IMG/VR virus record: IMGVR_UViG_3300043570_000570
Location: 32,001-96,000 of that record
Strand: one strand, 5' to 3'
From: a virus
Length of the DNA: 64,000 nucleotides
Of the stretch, positions 47,490 to 55,081 are shown one piece after another. Numbering within the stretch: the first letter of the stretch is position 1; every line of letters starts with the position of its first letter. The notes under the pieces are model-generated. The model saw nothing but the letters and a program-made list of their open reading frames with translations. It was not told the origin of the DNA and ran no database searches. The translations under genes were made by a program, and so were the position numbers.

Positions 47490-47551
47490 GGTCGACTATG
47501 CGACCTTAAATAGCCTTTAGGCATAGTGCGTCACTATATGAGTGGGTATGG
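47490..47551 (+). ncRNA. Pistol self-cleaving ribozyme
   Basis: P1 GGUCG/CGACC; loop ACUAUG pairs with CAUAGU (pseudoknot); conserved UUAAAUAG and GCG; P3 UCACU/AGUGG; GU cleavage dinucleotide 47546-47547; P2 CCUU/AUGG has one mismatch. Confidence 0.8.
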
Positions 47552-47706
47552 AAACAATAATTAAAGAGTATTACTTAACTGAAGGAAGTAAGTTAGTAAA
47601 TTATAGCATAGGTACTAATGGTGTTGATTGTTGGTTTGATACTAATGATATTAGACAACACAGATGTTTATCTATTGAAGATTTTGAACTTATTAAGGGG
47701 GCTTAA
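47548..47706 (+). CDS. 52-aa early protein (not in track)
   Basis: METIIKEYYLTEGSKLVNYSIGTNGVDCWFDTNDIRQHRCLSIEDFELIKGA*. Confidence 0.55.
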   Translation: METIIKEYYLTEGSKLVNYSIGTNGVDCWFDTNDIRQHRCLSIEDFELIKGA

Positions 47707-47736
47707 TCGCCTCCTTTAAACTTTAATAAAAAGAAT

Positions 47737-47868
47737 ATGAAAACAATAGAACAAACAATTGATAGTTTAGAACAGCAAGTAAGAGATACATATCCTTCAT
47801 GGAATAATGAAATGATTAGGTCTAAGGCTGTTAGAATGTATTATTTAAATGAAGAGTTGGGAGCTTAG
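47737..47868 (+). CDS. 43-aa early protein (not in track)
   Basis: MKTIEQTIDSLEQQVRDTYPSWNNEMIRSKAVRMYYLNEELGA*; A-rich leader. Confidence 0.6.
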   Translation: MKTIEQTIDSLEQQVRDTYPSWNNEMIRSKAVRMYYLNEELGA

Positions 47869-47894
47869 TCTCCCTTTACTTTAACTAAACAAAT

Positions 47895-48044
47895 ATGAAA
47901 AACTATAGAGTCACCTACTATAATACAGAATATAGCATTAAGTCTATTTCTGTTATGGCTTTTACTCAAGAAGAAGCAAGAACTTATGTATATAGTCACA
48001 TAGAAGATTGTGTTCAAACACTCTCTGCTGAATATATATACTAA
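47895..48044 (+). CDS. 49-aa early protein (not in track)
   Basis: MKNYRVTYYNTEYSIKSISVMAFTQEEARTYVYSHIEDCVQTLSAEYIY*; A-rich leader. Confidence 0.6.
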   Translation: MKNYRVTYYNTEYSIKSISVMAFTQEEARTYVYSHIEDCVQTLSAEYIY

Positions 48045-48049
48045 ACATT

Positions 48050-48151
48050 ATCAAAGAGTAGTAACACTGCATGTAAACTGGTTATCCTTGATTACAGTAT
48101 GCAGACCTTTACATAGTAAATCAAGCTATGTTATGTATTGGACTCTTTGAT
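48050..48151 (+). ncRNA. Three-way-junction RNA with kissing loops (unassigned)
   Basis: AUCAAAGAGU/ACUCUUUGAU; CUGCAU..ACUG/CAGU.AUGCAG; ACAUAG/CUAUGU; loops CUUGAUU and AAUCAAG are complementary. Confidence 0.5.
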
Positions 48152-48296
48152 TACTTTAATGCATCATAACCTACTTCACAAGGGTAGGCAGTTGTAATAA
48201 CAGTATAGAGTCTGGAGAACCAAGCGTAAGCTGGACATAGGTAGTTCTCATGAAGCTGCGGAAGCTACTATTACAACTGAATGCAGAGTGAAGTAA
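48151..48296 (+). ncRNA. Twister self-cleaving ribozyme (P1 type, large P5 insert)
   Basis: P1 UUACUU/AAGUAA; U^AA site 48157/48158; P2 UGCA/UGCA; P4 CCUAC/GUAGG with loop UUCACAAGG; T1 CAC/GUG after conserved GA; P5 CAGUUGUAAUA/UAUUACAACUG; T2 non-canonical. Confidence 0.75.
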
Positions 48297-48393
48297 ACTA
48301 CAAGGTATGGTATATCCTACTAACACGTCTAGAGGACCTTGTAGTTCTTTTATACCTAAGGGTATTATACCAACTAGTATAAACTAAACAGAT

Positions 48394-48606
48394 ATGAAGA
48401 AATTTATAATATTCTCTACGTTAAGTCAAGCAAAGAATTACATTAAGCGTAATCTTCCCACCTATAACCATGATGATGGATGTGGGTGTTGCTATAGTTA
48501 TTCTTATCCTTTAATACAGGGTAAGCGTATTGTCTATGTTAATAGTTATTCTAACATGGGTAATCCAACTACTGAAGTAACTGTCATTGGCAGATACAAA
48601 AGATAA
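48394..48606 (+). CDS. Hypothetical early protein
   Basis: 70 aa, HDDGCGCC. Confidence 0.55.
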   Translation: MKKFIIFSTLSQAKNYIKRNLPTYNHDDGCGCCYSYSYPLIQGKRIVYVNSYSNMGNPTTEVTVIGRYKR

Positions 48607-48763
48607 ACACTCTACTGGCTATAGAGTGTATAAAATGTCGTGATTGGCCACACGTCAAGGCAAATGAAGATGTCTTTGAAACACAAAGATGTTTCTAAAG
48701 GGGATTAGTGAACTAATGATCTAATCCCTCATCTTTTTTAACTAATTAACTAATTAAAAAAAT

Positions 48764-48991
48764 ATGAAACTACTTATACATTTTGGGAAGTCACTGTTGA
48801 TGATAGTGATCCCTATTGCTTTTGCTGTTGTGTCTTCTATTATTATAAGCGCAATGTTCGCCTGTGTTTCTGTTCTTATGGGACATAACACTTTCTTTAA
48901 CTCTTTTCAAGCATTAATAGCCAATGTCACCTTTGTGATGTCTATTATTACCTTGATTATGTGGCTTATCTATCAATCTAATGAACTTTAA
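48764..48991 (+). CDS. Small two-TM membrane protein
   Basis: Hydrophobic ORF with A-rich leader. Confidence 0.55.
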   Translation: MKLLIHFGKSLLMIVIPIAFAVVSSIIISAMFACVSVLMGHNTFFNSFQALIANVTFVMSIITLIMWLIYQSNEL

Positions 48992-49004
48992 ACCAAACAA
49001 AAAT

Positions 49005-49208
49005 ATGAAAATTAAACCGTCCACATTCTTACTTGTCATCGCTGTATGTGCAGGTATGGTATTTATCATGGCTCTTCCTGATGTTATTAGTAGCATGGGA
49101 ACACAAGCCTTTACTTATGTGTTTACTACAGAAGTTTTAACTTTATGTTTACTTACAGTAGTAGGACACTTTTATCTTAAGTCTCTTAAAGAAGAAGGTA
49201 ATGATTAA
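49005..49208 (+). CDS. Small two-TM membrane protein
   Basis: Likely start MKIKPSTF. Confidence 0.55.
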   Translation: MKIKPSTFLLVIAVCAGMVFIMALPDVISSMGTQAFTYVFTTEVLTLCLLTVVGHFYLKSLKEEGND

Positions 49209-49341
49209 TCAACAAGTACTAAGCGTTATGAAGCCTAGAATCCCTTCAGGTAAAATCCTTGCAAGAGGATATGACAAAGAAGGTAGATTAATTATGGTAA
49301 GACTTAATAGTGCTGGCTTTAAAGGCTGGCACTTTCTCTAA
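49201..49341 (+). CDS. 46-aa hypothetical protein (not in track)
   Basis: MINQQVLSVMKPRIPSGKILARGYDKEGRLIMVRLNSAGFKGWHFL*. Confidence 0.45.
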   Translation: MINQQVLSVMKPRIPSGKILARGYDKEGRLIMVRLNSAGFKGWHFL

Positions 49342-49351
49342 AACTAAAACT

Positions 49352-49549
49352 ATGAACTACGATTCAATTCAAGATGAGCTTACAGAACTCTATCAAGAGT
49401 TAAATGCTGCAGAAAATGACTTACATATTTCTTGTAAGTCATCTCTTTTATTAGATTCAGGAGAAGAAAACTGGGTACGAGATCAACAACGTTTAATTGC
49501 TGCTCTGCGTGCTAAAATTCAATCTTTAACTATTTTAATATCAAAGTAA
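49352..49549 (+). CDS. Coiled-coil hypothetical protein
   Basis: Likely start MNYDSIQDEL. Confidence 0.55.
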   Translation: MNYDSIQDELTELYQELNAAENDLHISCKSSLLLDSGEENWVRDQQRLIAALRAKIQSLTILISK

Positions 49550-49644
49550 TGGAAAAACAATTATTTATCATTGACGGCTACAGAATCTGGGCTTTGACCT
49601 ATGAAGATGCTTATGCTAACTACTTAGTAATTTCAAGACTATGA
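49549..49644 (+). CDS. 31-aa hypothetical protein
   Basis: MEKQLFIIDGYRIWALTYEDAYANYLVISRL*; TAATG and ATGA coupling. Confidence 0.5.
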   Translation: MEKQLFIIDGYRIWALTYEDAYANYLVISRL

Positions 49645-49817
49645 AACCAGAAAATCCTTTTAGCGAAAGTACGGCCTTCAAAGCCCTTGTATGGTTCTCT
49701 TTAATAACTGTAATTTGCATTTGTTTAGAGAGTTGTGCAACTTCTAAAAATGTACCACATGGTTGTGGTAAAAAATCTAAGCGTTACTATCACGGAGAAT
49801 TCCTAGAATATAGATAA
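49641..49817 (+). CDS. Small lipoprotein
   Basis: MKPENPF...LITVICICLESCATSK, lipobox LESC. Confidence 0.5.
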   Translation: MKPENPFSESTAFKALVWFSLITVICICLESCATSKNVPHGCGKKSKRYYHGEFLEYR

Positions 49818-49824
49818 CCTTAAT

Positions 49825-49896
49825 GTCCCTTTCGTCTATTGGTAGGACAGCAGGATTTCATCCTGTTAAAGGTGTGTTCGATTCACCCAGGGGATA
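49825..49896 (+). tRNA. tRNA-Glu (anticodon TTC)
   Basis: Acceptor GTCCCTT/AGGGGAT, D-arm, anticodon arm GCAGG-ATTTCAT-CCTGT, T-loop TTCGATT; one T-stem mismatch; CCA not encoded (CTA). Confidence 0.8.
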
Positions 49897-49911
49897 CTAA
49901 ACTAACTAACT

Positions 49912-50226
49912 ATGAAAAAACTGTTCTTAATCTTAATCGTATGTGGCTTCAGTAATCTGAAAGCCCAACTATTCCCTATTAAAAGTCTAGAAGGTATGAT
50001 GCCTCTTACTTTATCCGATACAATGTTTGTAGAGGATCTAATAGGCGAAGGAAAACATCCTTCACCTAAAGTTTTAAATTGCTTTGTCTTTAAATTCTCT
50101 GAATGGAACTACGTTATAACATATAAGCTAACAGATCGTGATCAGCTATATATTATTAAGGATGGTTACATAGGAGATATTTACATATTCAAGGATAACA
50201 AAGTAGAAATACTTAGAGAAGATTAA
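49912..50226 (+). CDS. Secreted hypothetical protein
   Basis: Signal peptide MKKLFLILIVCGFSNLKAQ. Confidence 0.55.
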   Translation: MKKLFLILIVCGFSNLKAQLFPIKSLEGMMPLTLSDTMFVEDLIGEGKHPSPKVLNCFVFKFSEWNYVITYKLTDRDQLYIIKDGYIGDIYIFKDNKVEILRED

Positions 50227-50280
50227 ATTAGATTAAACATTAAACAAACAAACTAAAAACAAAAAACTAAAAACAAAATT

Positions 50281-50904
50281 ATGACTTACGAAGATTTCAA
50301 ATCAACAAACCTTGCTTTTGCTAGTAAAGCCTTCCGCAACTCTGGTATCAAAGCACCAATTACTGTTATGTTCGAGTGTTATACTCCTGCTAACCTATCT
50401 GTTCACCAACGTATGATTAGCCGTGGTCTTGGTGGTAATTTAACCAACCGTATGACTGCTCTATTAAACTTCACAGAAGAAAACTTCAACAGCGACTTTG
50501 GTCAGTTTGGAATTAACGCTGATGATGTAACTGGTGATTATTCAACAGCTATTCCTGTTAACGTAAACACTTCTCAGTTGTATGGTGAAGACTTAATCCT
50601 TCGCAGGGTAGATACTACTGATTCTGCTATTGTAAGCAATCCTGATGGTTCTATTAAGCCTCAGTGGTCTATTAAGACTGTTAATGGTCAAGAATTGACT
50701 TTTGAAGGTGCTCTTATCTACACTACTGTAGAGTTTGCTGAGCCAGGTATGTCTAACGCTACTATTAAGCAAGATCAAAACTTGTCTCGTAGTATTACTA
50801 ATATGTCTAGTGGTGCTTCTATTGGTGCTCTTAAGGAAAATAAGGCTCCTAAAGCAAAAGTAACAGAAGAAGTACTTGCTGATAATACACAAGCAGCATT
50901 CTAA
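50281..50904 (+). CDS. Highly expressed hypothetical protein (possibly ssDNA-binding)
   Basis: Strong codon bias, long A-rich leader, flexible tail ending in F; function is a guess. Confidence 0.45.
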   Translation: MTYEDFKSTNLAFASKAFRNSGIKAPITVMFECYTPANLSVHQRMISRGLGGNLTNRMTALLNFTEENFNSDFGQFGINADDVTGDYSTAIPVNVNTSQLYGEDLILRRVDTTDSAIVSNPDGSIKPQWSIKTVNGQELTFEGALIYTTVEFAEPGMSNATIKQDQNLSRSITNMSSGASIGALKENKAPKAKVTEEVLADNTQAAF

Positions 50905-51010
50905 TTAACAAGGCCATAAACTAATAATTATTTATTATTGGTCTTAAGTCAGGATAGATTAGCGTTTATCCTGACTACCAAGAACTAACAAACGTTAGTT
51001 ATCTTAAACT

Positions 51011-51107
51011 ATTGCTGAACTCACACTATAGTTTTTCATATTTTCTATATTAAAGCAATCATATCTGTTAGGGTAAAAAGGGGAAGAGTGTGAGCTTCCC
51101 TTTTTTT
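51011..51107 (+). ncRNA. Candidate antisense sRNA hairpin plus terminator
   Basis: 51026-51043 is the exact reverse complement of 47891-47908; terminator GGGAAG-AGUGUGAG-CUUCCC-U7. Confidence 0.5.
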
Positions 51108-51159
51108 ATTACTTTATTGCTTTAATTTATCTCGAACCTAATAATTAAACCTATACAGA

Positions 51160-51534
51160 ATGAGAAAAAGAATTATCAAAGCAGAAAAAGTGTACTCAGC
51201 TAGTCCTGAGTTTCCTATCAATGTACTTCCTATTCAAGGAAGGACTAAGCGATTTATCTCTAAAAAACTAGAGAGAGTTAGAGAAGTTGAAATCAGTAAC
51301 ATGTTTAAACATCTCACCATTGACTCTATCTTAGATGAGAAAAGGTATTTAAAGACCTTAACTCAGCTTCCTACTAAACAAACTATCATTCCTGTAAGGG
51401 AAGAAGTAGTTGTACCTCAAGACTACGAAGTAATACCAGACATTGTTCTAGGTAATATTAGAGTAGGTAAAAACTATCTTAAGACTTTTATTGAGCGACT
51501 TGAAGTTGTATCAGTAATTGATTGGCAAGACTAA
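51160..51534 (+). CDS. Hypothetical protein
   Basis: 124-aa ORF. Confidence 0.55.
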   Translation: MRKRIIKAEKVYSASPEFPINVLPIQGRTKRFISKKLERVREVEISNMFKHLTIDSILDEKRYLKTLTQLPTKQTIIPVREEVVVPQDYEVIPDIVLGNIRVGKNYLKTFIERLEVVSVIDWQD

Positions 51535-51554
51535 AACAAACTAACAGATAAATT

Positions 51555-52085
51555 ATGTCATTTAACTTTCAAGACTATTCAGTCAAAGAAGATGTCAGAG
51601 AGATTATCAGTCAGAAGTACACAGGTGGGGATATATTATCCCTGCCTGCTGACAACTTTCTCTTTGAGTCTAAGTTTCCTAATGCTAAAATCACTTGTTG
51701 TGAACTAGACACAGAAACTTACAAACGTGGTAGAAAATTTAAACCACAGAATGTAGAGTATTTAAACAGAGACGTCTTCACCCTTAAGGGCAGATATGAC
51801 TTTGTATGGCTAGACTTATGTATTAATCTAAGTCCAATGCTTGTAAATACCTTCATTTCTTACTTTCAAGATTCAACAGCTAAGACTATTTGTCTAACCA
51901 TTCAAGGTAAAAGAGAATTATTTGGAAACAAATTAAAATTCTATGGAGCTAAAGATCTTGATGACTTTCGTTACAATGTATTTCCTAAACTATTAGAAGA
52001 CTTTAGTGGATACAAAGTAACTGAAATCTACCGCTATCTAAGCCCTAACAAGAGCCCAATGATAGTGTATTCATTTGAAAAATAA
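51555..52085 (+). CDS. Class I SAM-methyltransferase-like fold protein
   Basis: ILSLPA...ITCCELD...NRDVF...YDFVWLDLC. Confidence 0.5.
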   Translation: MSFNFQDYSVKEDVREIISQKYTGGDILSLPADNFLFESKFPNAKITCCELDTETYKRGRKFKPQNVEYLNRDVFTLKGRYDFVWLDLCINLSPMLVNTFISYFQDSTAKTICLTIQGKRELFGNKLKFYGAKDLDDFRYNVFPKLLEDFSGYKVTEIYRYLSPNKSPMIVYSFEK

Positions 52086-52132
52086 CAAAAAAACAAAAAC
52101 AAAAACAAAAACCTAAAAAAAAACAAAAAATT

Positions 52133-52579
52133 ATGGAAAATCAAACACAAACAATCAATTACAAGCCATTTCACAAGTTAAACTTTAGTGAGCAGGCAAT
52201 TAGTGAGTTACTTACAGAGTTTAAAGCTGGTAAAAAATCTTCTGAGGTAAAAGCTAAGTATCCTCAGTATTTTGAATCAAGAAATGCAGGTATTATTTAT
52301 GTTGTAAGAACTGAAATGATTAAACAAGGTTTAATTTCAATGAGTGAACCTGCAGCAAGAATGGTTGCAACTAAAAGGCGTTTGCAGAAACAAAAAGCAC
52401 GTAAAGCATATAAAATGGCTTTAGGAGCTATCCAAACACCTACAGTAGCTCCTAAAGTATCTACAATCAAAGAAAGCGTAGCTAATTCTATGATTAAGAT
52501 AGATTTCCACGGAACTATCATCCATATCGAGAGAACTAGTAGTATTATTATTACTAAAGATCAAATTGTAGTTCGTTAA
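52133..52579 (+). CDS. Basic hypothetical protein
   Basis: 148-aa ORF followed by hairpin CTAGGGTAGGA/TCTTACCCTAG. Confidence 0.55.
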   Translation: MENQTQTINYKPFHKLNFSEQAISELLTEFKAGKKSSEVKAKYPQYFESRNAGIIYVVRTEMIKQGLISMSEPAARMVATKRRLQKQKARKAYKMALGAIQTPTVAPKVSTIKESVANSMIKIDFHGTIIHIERTSSIIITKDQIVVR

Positions 52580-52671
52580 TTAATCAATCTAGGGTAGGAG
52601 AGATCTTACCCTAGGTTCCAATTGGCATAGTTGTTGCCTTAATTTATGTTTAACCTCTAATATTAAAAATC

Positions 52672-53169
52672 ATGTATTACAAACAAAATCAAGACCTTAG
52701 CTTTTCAAAAGTGCCAAATTTCAGAAACCTATTCTACGGTTCTTTAATTATTAATGTTATCTTTGCTGTACTTCTGTTTATGGCATTCACAACTCCAGAT
52801 AAACCTATCTACAAGACTAAAATTGTAAAAGAAATCGTAACAGAAAAAGATGTAGTTCTTAATGATTCAGGTATTACAGCTGAGTTGACAAAGAGTGGAG
52901 TAATCTTAGCTGCTGTTGCATGTTTACAGTCTAAAATAGAAAGCAATCATGGTAAGTCTAACGTAGGTATCCAAGCAAAGAACTTGTTTGGTATTACCTA
53001 TCACAGATGTAAACATGTAGCTGGTAAGCATGGAGTTTATGCTCGTTATGATAGCTATCGAGACAATATCAAATGCTATGCTCACATTCAAGCTAGATAT
53101 CTTAAAAATATTGATGGAAAATATGCTTCCGACCCTGGATATGTAGAAAAACTTAAATCATTTAAGTAA
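52672..53169 (+). CDS. Membrane-anchored glucosaminidase (GH73-like)
   Basis: TM helix; QSKIESNHG, KNLFGI, YASDPGYVEKL. Confidence 0.75.
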   Translation: MYYKQNQDLSFSKVPNFRNLFYGSLIINVIFAVLLFMAFTTPDKPIYKTKIVKEIVTEKDVVLNDSGITAELTKSGVILAAVACLQSKIESNHGKSNVGIQAKNLFGITYHRCKHVAGKHGVYARYDSYRDNIKCYAHIQARYLKNIDGKYASDPGYVEKLKSFK

Positions 53170-53173
53170 TTAC

Positions 53174-53203
53174 TTGACAAATGGGGAGTAATGCGTATAT
53201 TTG
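53174..53203 (+). promoter_or_regulatory. Bacteroidota-type promoter carried with the homing endonuclease
   Basis: TTG-N19-TATATTTG; overlaps the track ATG at 53191. Confidence 0.65.
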
Positions 53204-53208
53204 TACAT

Positions 53209-53997
53209 ATGAAAAGACTTACCCCTGAACAAAAAGCAGAAATGATTGAACTTTACACTTCTGGTCAAATAAAAGTACCTAAAAAATTAGATGAAAAATA
53301 CAATATCTTTCCAGGATCATGCTACAATCTCCTAAAAAGAAGAGGTCTTATTAAATATAGTATAGCAGATCAACTGAGATGTTTTAATGAAAATTATTTT
53401 GATAAAATTGAATCAGAAAAACAAGCTTATTTTTTAGGATTAATTGCTGCTGATGGCACTGTATCTAGTAGTAAAAATACTATATCTATTACTTTAAAAG
53501 TAGAGGATGGATTATATTTGTTAGAAGAACTCAAAAAAGAAATTAGTTCAACAGGTAAAATAAGTATTTATAACGACAAAAGAGATAATTATGTAAGAAA
53601 ACCTATGTGTATGATGCAATTTACCAGTATGCATACCAAAACAGTTTTTTGTGAACTAGGAATATCTCCGAATAAAACATCTAATCTATGCTATCCTAAA
53701 ATAAACAAAGAATTAGATAGACACTTTATAAGAGGATTTATAGATGGAGATGGATCTTTTCACTATAAAAGAGGAATACTTGTTTTTGCTTTAGTAGGCA
53801 CAGAAGAAATCTTAAGAAGTATTCAGGATATATTCTACACAGAAATAAACGTAGAATATACAAAACTTATACAACATATTACTGGAGTATACTATTTAAG
53901 ATTAGGACACAAAAACACATTAAAGTTAAGAGAGTGGTTATATAAAGACTGTTCTGTAGCAATGAAACGAAAACAAAATTATAACGACAGATTATGA
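53209..53997 (+). CDS. LAGLIDADG homing endonuclease (free-standing)
   Basis: AYFLGLIAADG and HFIRGFIDGDG; start moved to MKRLT. Confidence 0.85.
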   Translation: MKRLTPEQKAEMIELYTSGQIKVPKKLDEKYNIFPGSCYNLLKRRGLIKYSIADQLRCFNENYFDKIESEKQAYFLGLIAADGTVSSSKNTISITLKVEDGLYLLEELKKEISSTGKISIYNDKRDNYVRKPMCMMQFTSMHTKTVFCELGISPNKTSNLCYPKINKELDRHFIRGFIDGDGSFHYKRGILVFALVGTEEILRSIQDIFYTEINVEYTKLIQHITGVYYLRLGHKNTLKLREWLYKDCSVAMKRKQNYNDRL

Positions 53998-55064
53998 TAA
54001 CAAGAGACCTAGTACAACATCAGGCTTTAAAAGAAGCCATGCAATTTAAAAGAAGTGGATTACAACTGGCAACAGGTGCAGGTAAGACAAAAGTAGGATT
54101 AGACTACATAACTGTCTTACCTGATACTTATAAAGTGCTAGTAGTAGCTCCTAAAGTAGATATCTTTAAGTCTTGGATTGATGACGCTAAAAAGTTTGAA
54201 GTAGAAGAACTCCTAGATAGGATTACATTCTCTACTTATCTTTCTATAACTAAGCACAATCCTGAGGAGTATGATATTGTTATCTTAGATGAAGCACACT
54301 CTCTTAAAGCGACTGCTTTACCTTTTCTTAATAGTTACAGAGGAAGGATTCTAGGCTTAACAGGAACTCCTCCTAAGTACCTGACTTCAGAGAAAGGTCA
54401 ACTTATGATGGAATACTACCCTATTAAGTATGTATTTAAGACAGACAAAGCTGTAGAGAATGAGATTCTTAATGACTATCACATATTCGTTCATTACTTA
54501 GATTTAAATAGAAATAAAACTATGCAAACTAAGCAAGGATGGATGACCAGTGAAAGAGCACAGTATGATTGGATTACTAGAGAGATTGATGGAGCTATTG
54601 GAAACAGTCTAATGTTTAAGACTATCCAAAGAATCAACTTCTTAAAACAGTTTGACACTAAGGAACATTATGCAAAGAATCTTCTAGAAGAACTAGACCA
54701 AAAAGAAAAAGTTATAATCTTTGCAAACACCATAGATCAAGCTGAAAGACTGTGTAAGCACTCTCACCACTCTAAGAACAAAAATAGTCCCTTAGAAGGC
54801 TTTAAAACAGGTGAAATCACTAGATTATCTTGTGTAGAGCAACTAAGCGAGGGTGTTAACATCCCTAATCTTAAAAATGCTATCATTCTTCACTCTTATT
54901 CAGGAGGTTCTCCTAAAGCTCAACAGAAGTTTGGGCGTATGTTACGCTTACCTACAGATCAGACAGCTACAGTTCATATACTTTGTTATCGTAACACAGT
55001 AGATGAGAAGTGGGTATCAGATAACTTAAAGAATTACGACCAGAACAAAATAACTTACATTTAA
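53994..55064 (+). CDS. SF2 (DEAH, ResIII/UvsW-like) helicase
   Basis: ATGAGKT, DEAH, LTGT, LSEGVNIP, QKFGRMLR. Confidence 0.9.
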   Translation: MITRDLVQHQALKEAMQFKRSGLQLATGAGKTKVGLDYITVLPDTYKVLVVAPKVDIFKSWIDDAKKFEVEELLDRITFSTYLSITKHNPEEYDIVILDEAHSLKATALPFLNSYRGRILGLTGTPPKYLTSEKGQLMMEYYPIKYVFKTDKAVENEILNDYHIFVHYLDLNRNKTMQTKQGWMTSERAQYDWITREIDGAIGNSLMFKTIQRINFLKQFDTKEHYAKNLLEELDQKEKVIIFANTIDQAERLCKHSHHSKNKNSPLEGFKTGEITRLSCVEQLSEGVNIPNLKNAIILHSYSGGSPKAQQKFGRMLRLPTDQTATVHILCYRNTVDEKWVSDNLKNYDQNKITYI

Positions 55065-55081
55065 CCTAAAACTAACTAAAT

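Noticed and set aside
48690-48740. CTAATGA/GAAAC hammerhead variant
   Set aside because: Elements are not arranged as a three-stem core; better explained as a terminator-like hairpin.
53170-53997. Group I intron or intein around the LAGLIDADG ORF
   Set aside because: Both neighbours look complete, there is no room for intron RNA, and the ORF has its own promoter: free-standing.
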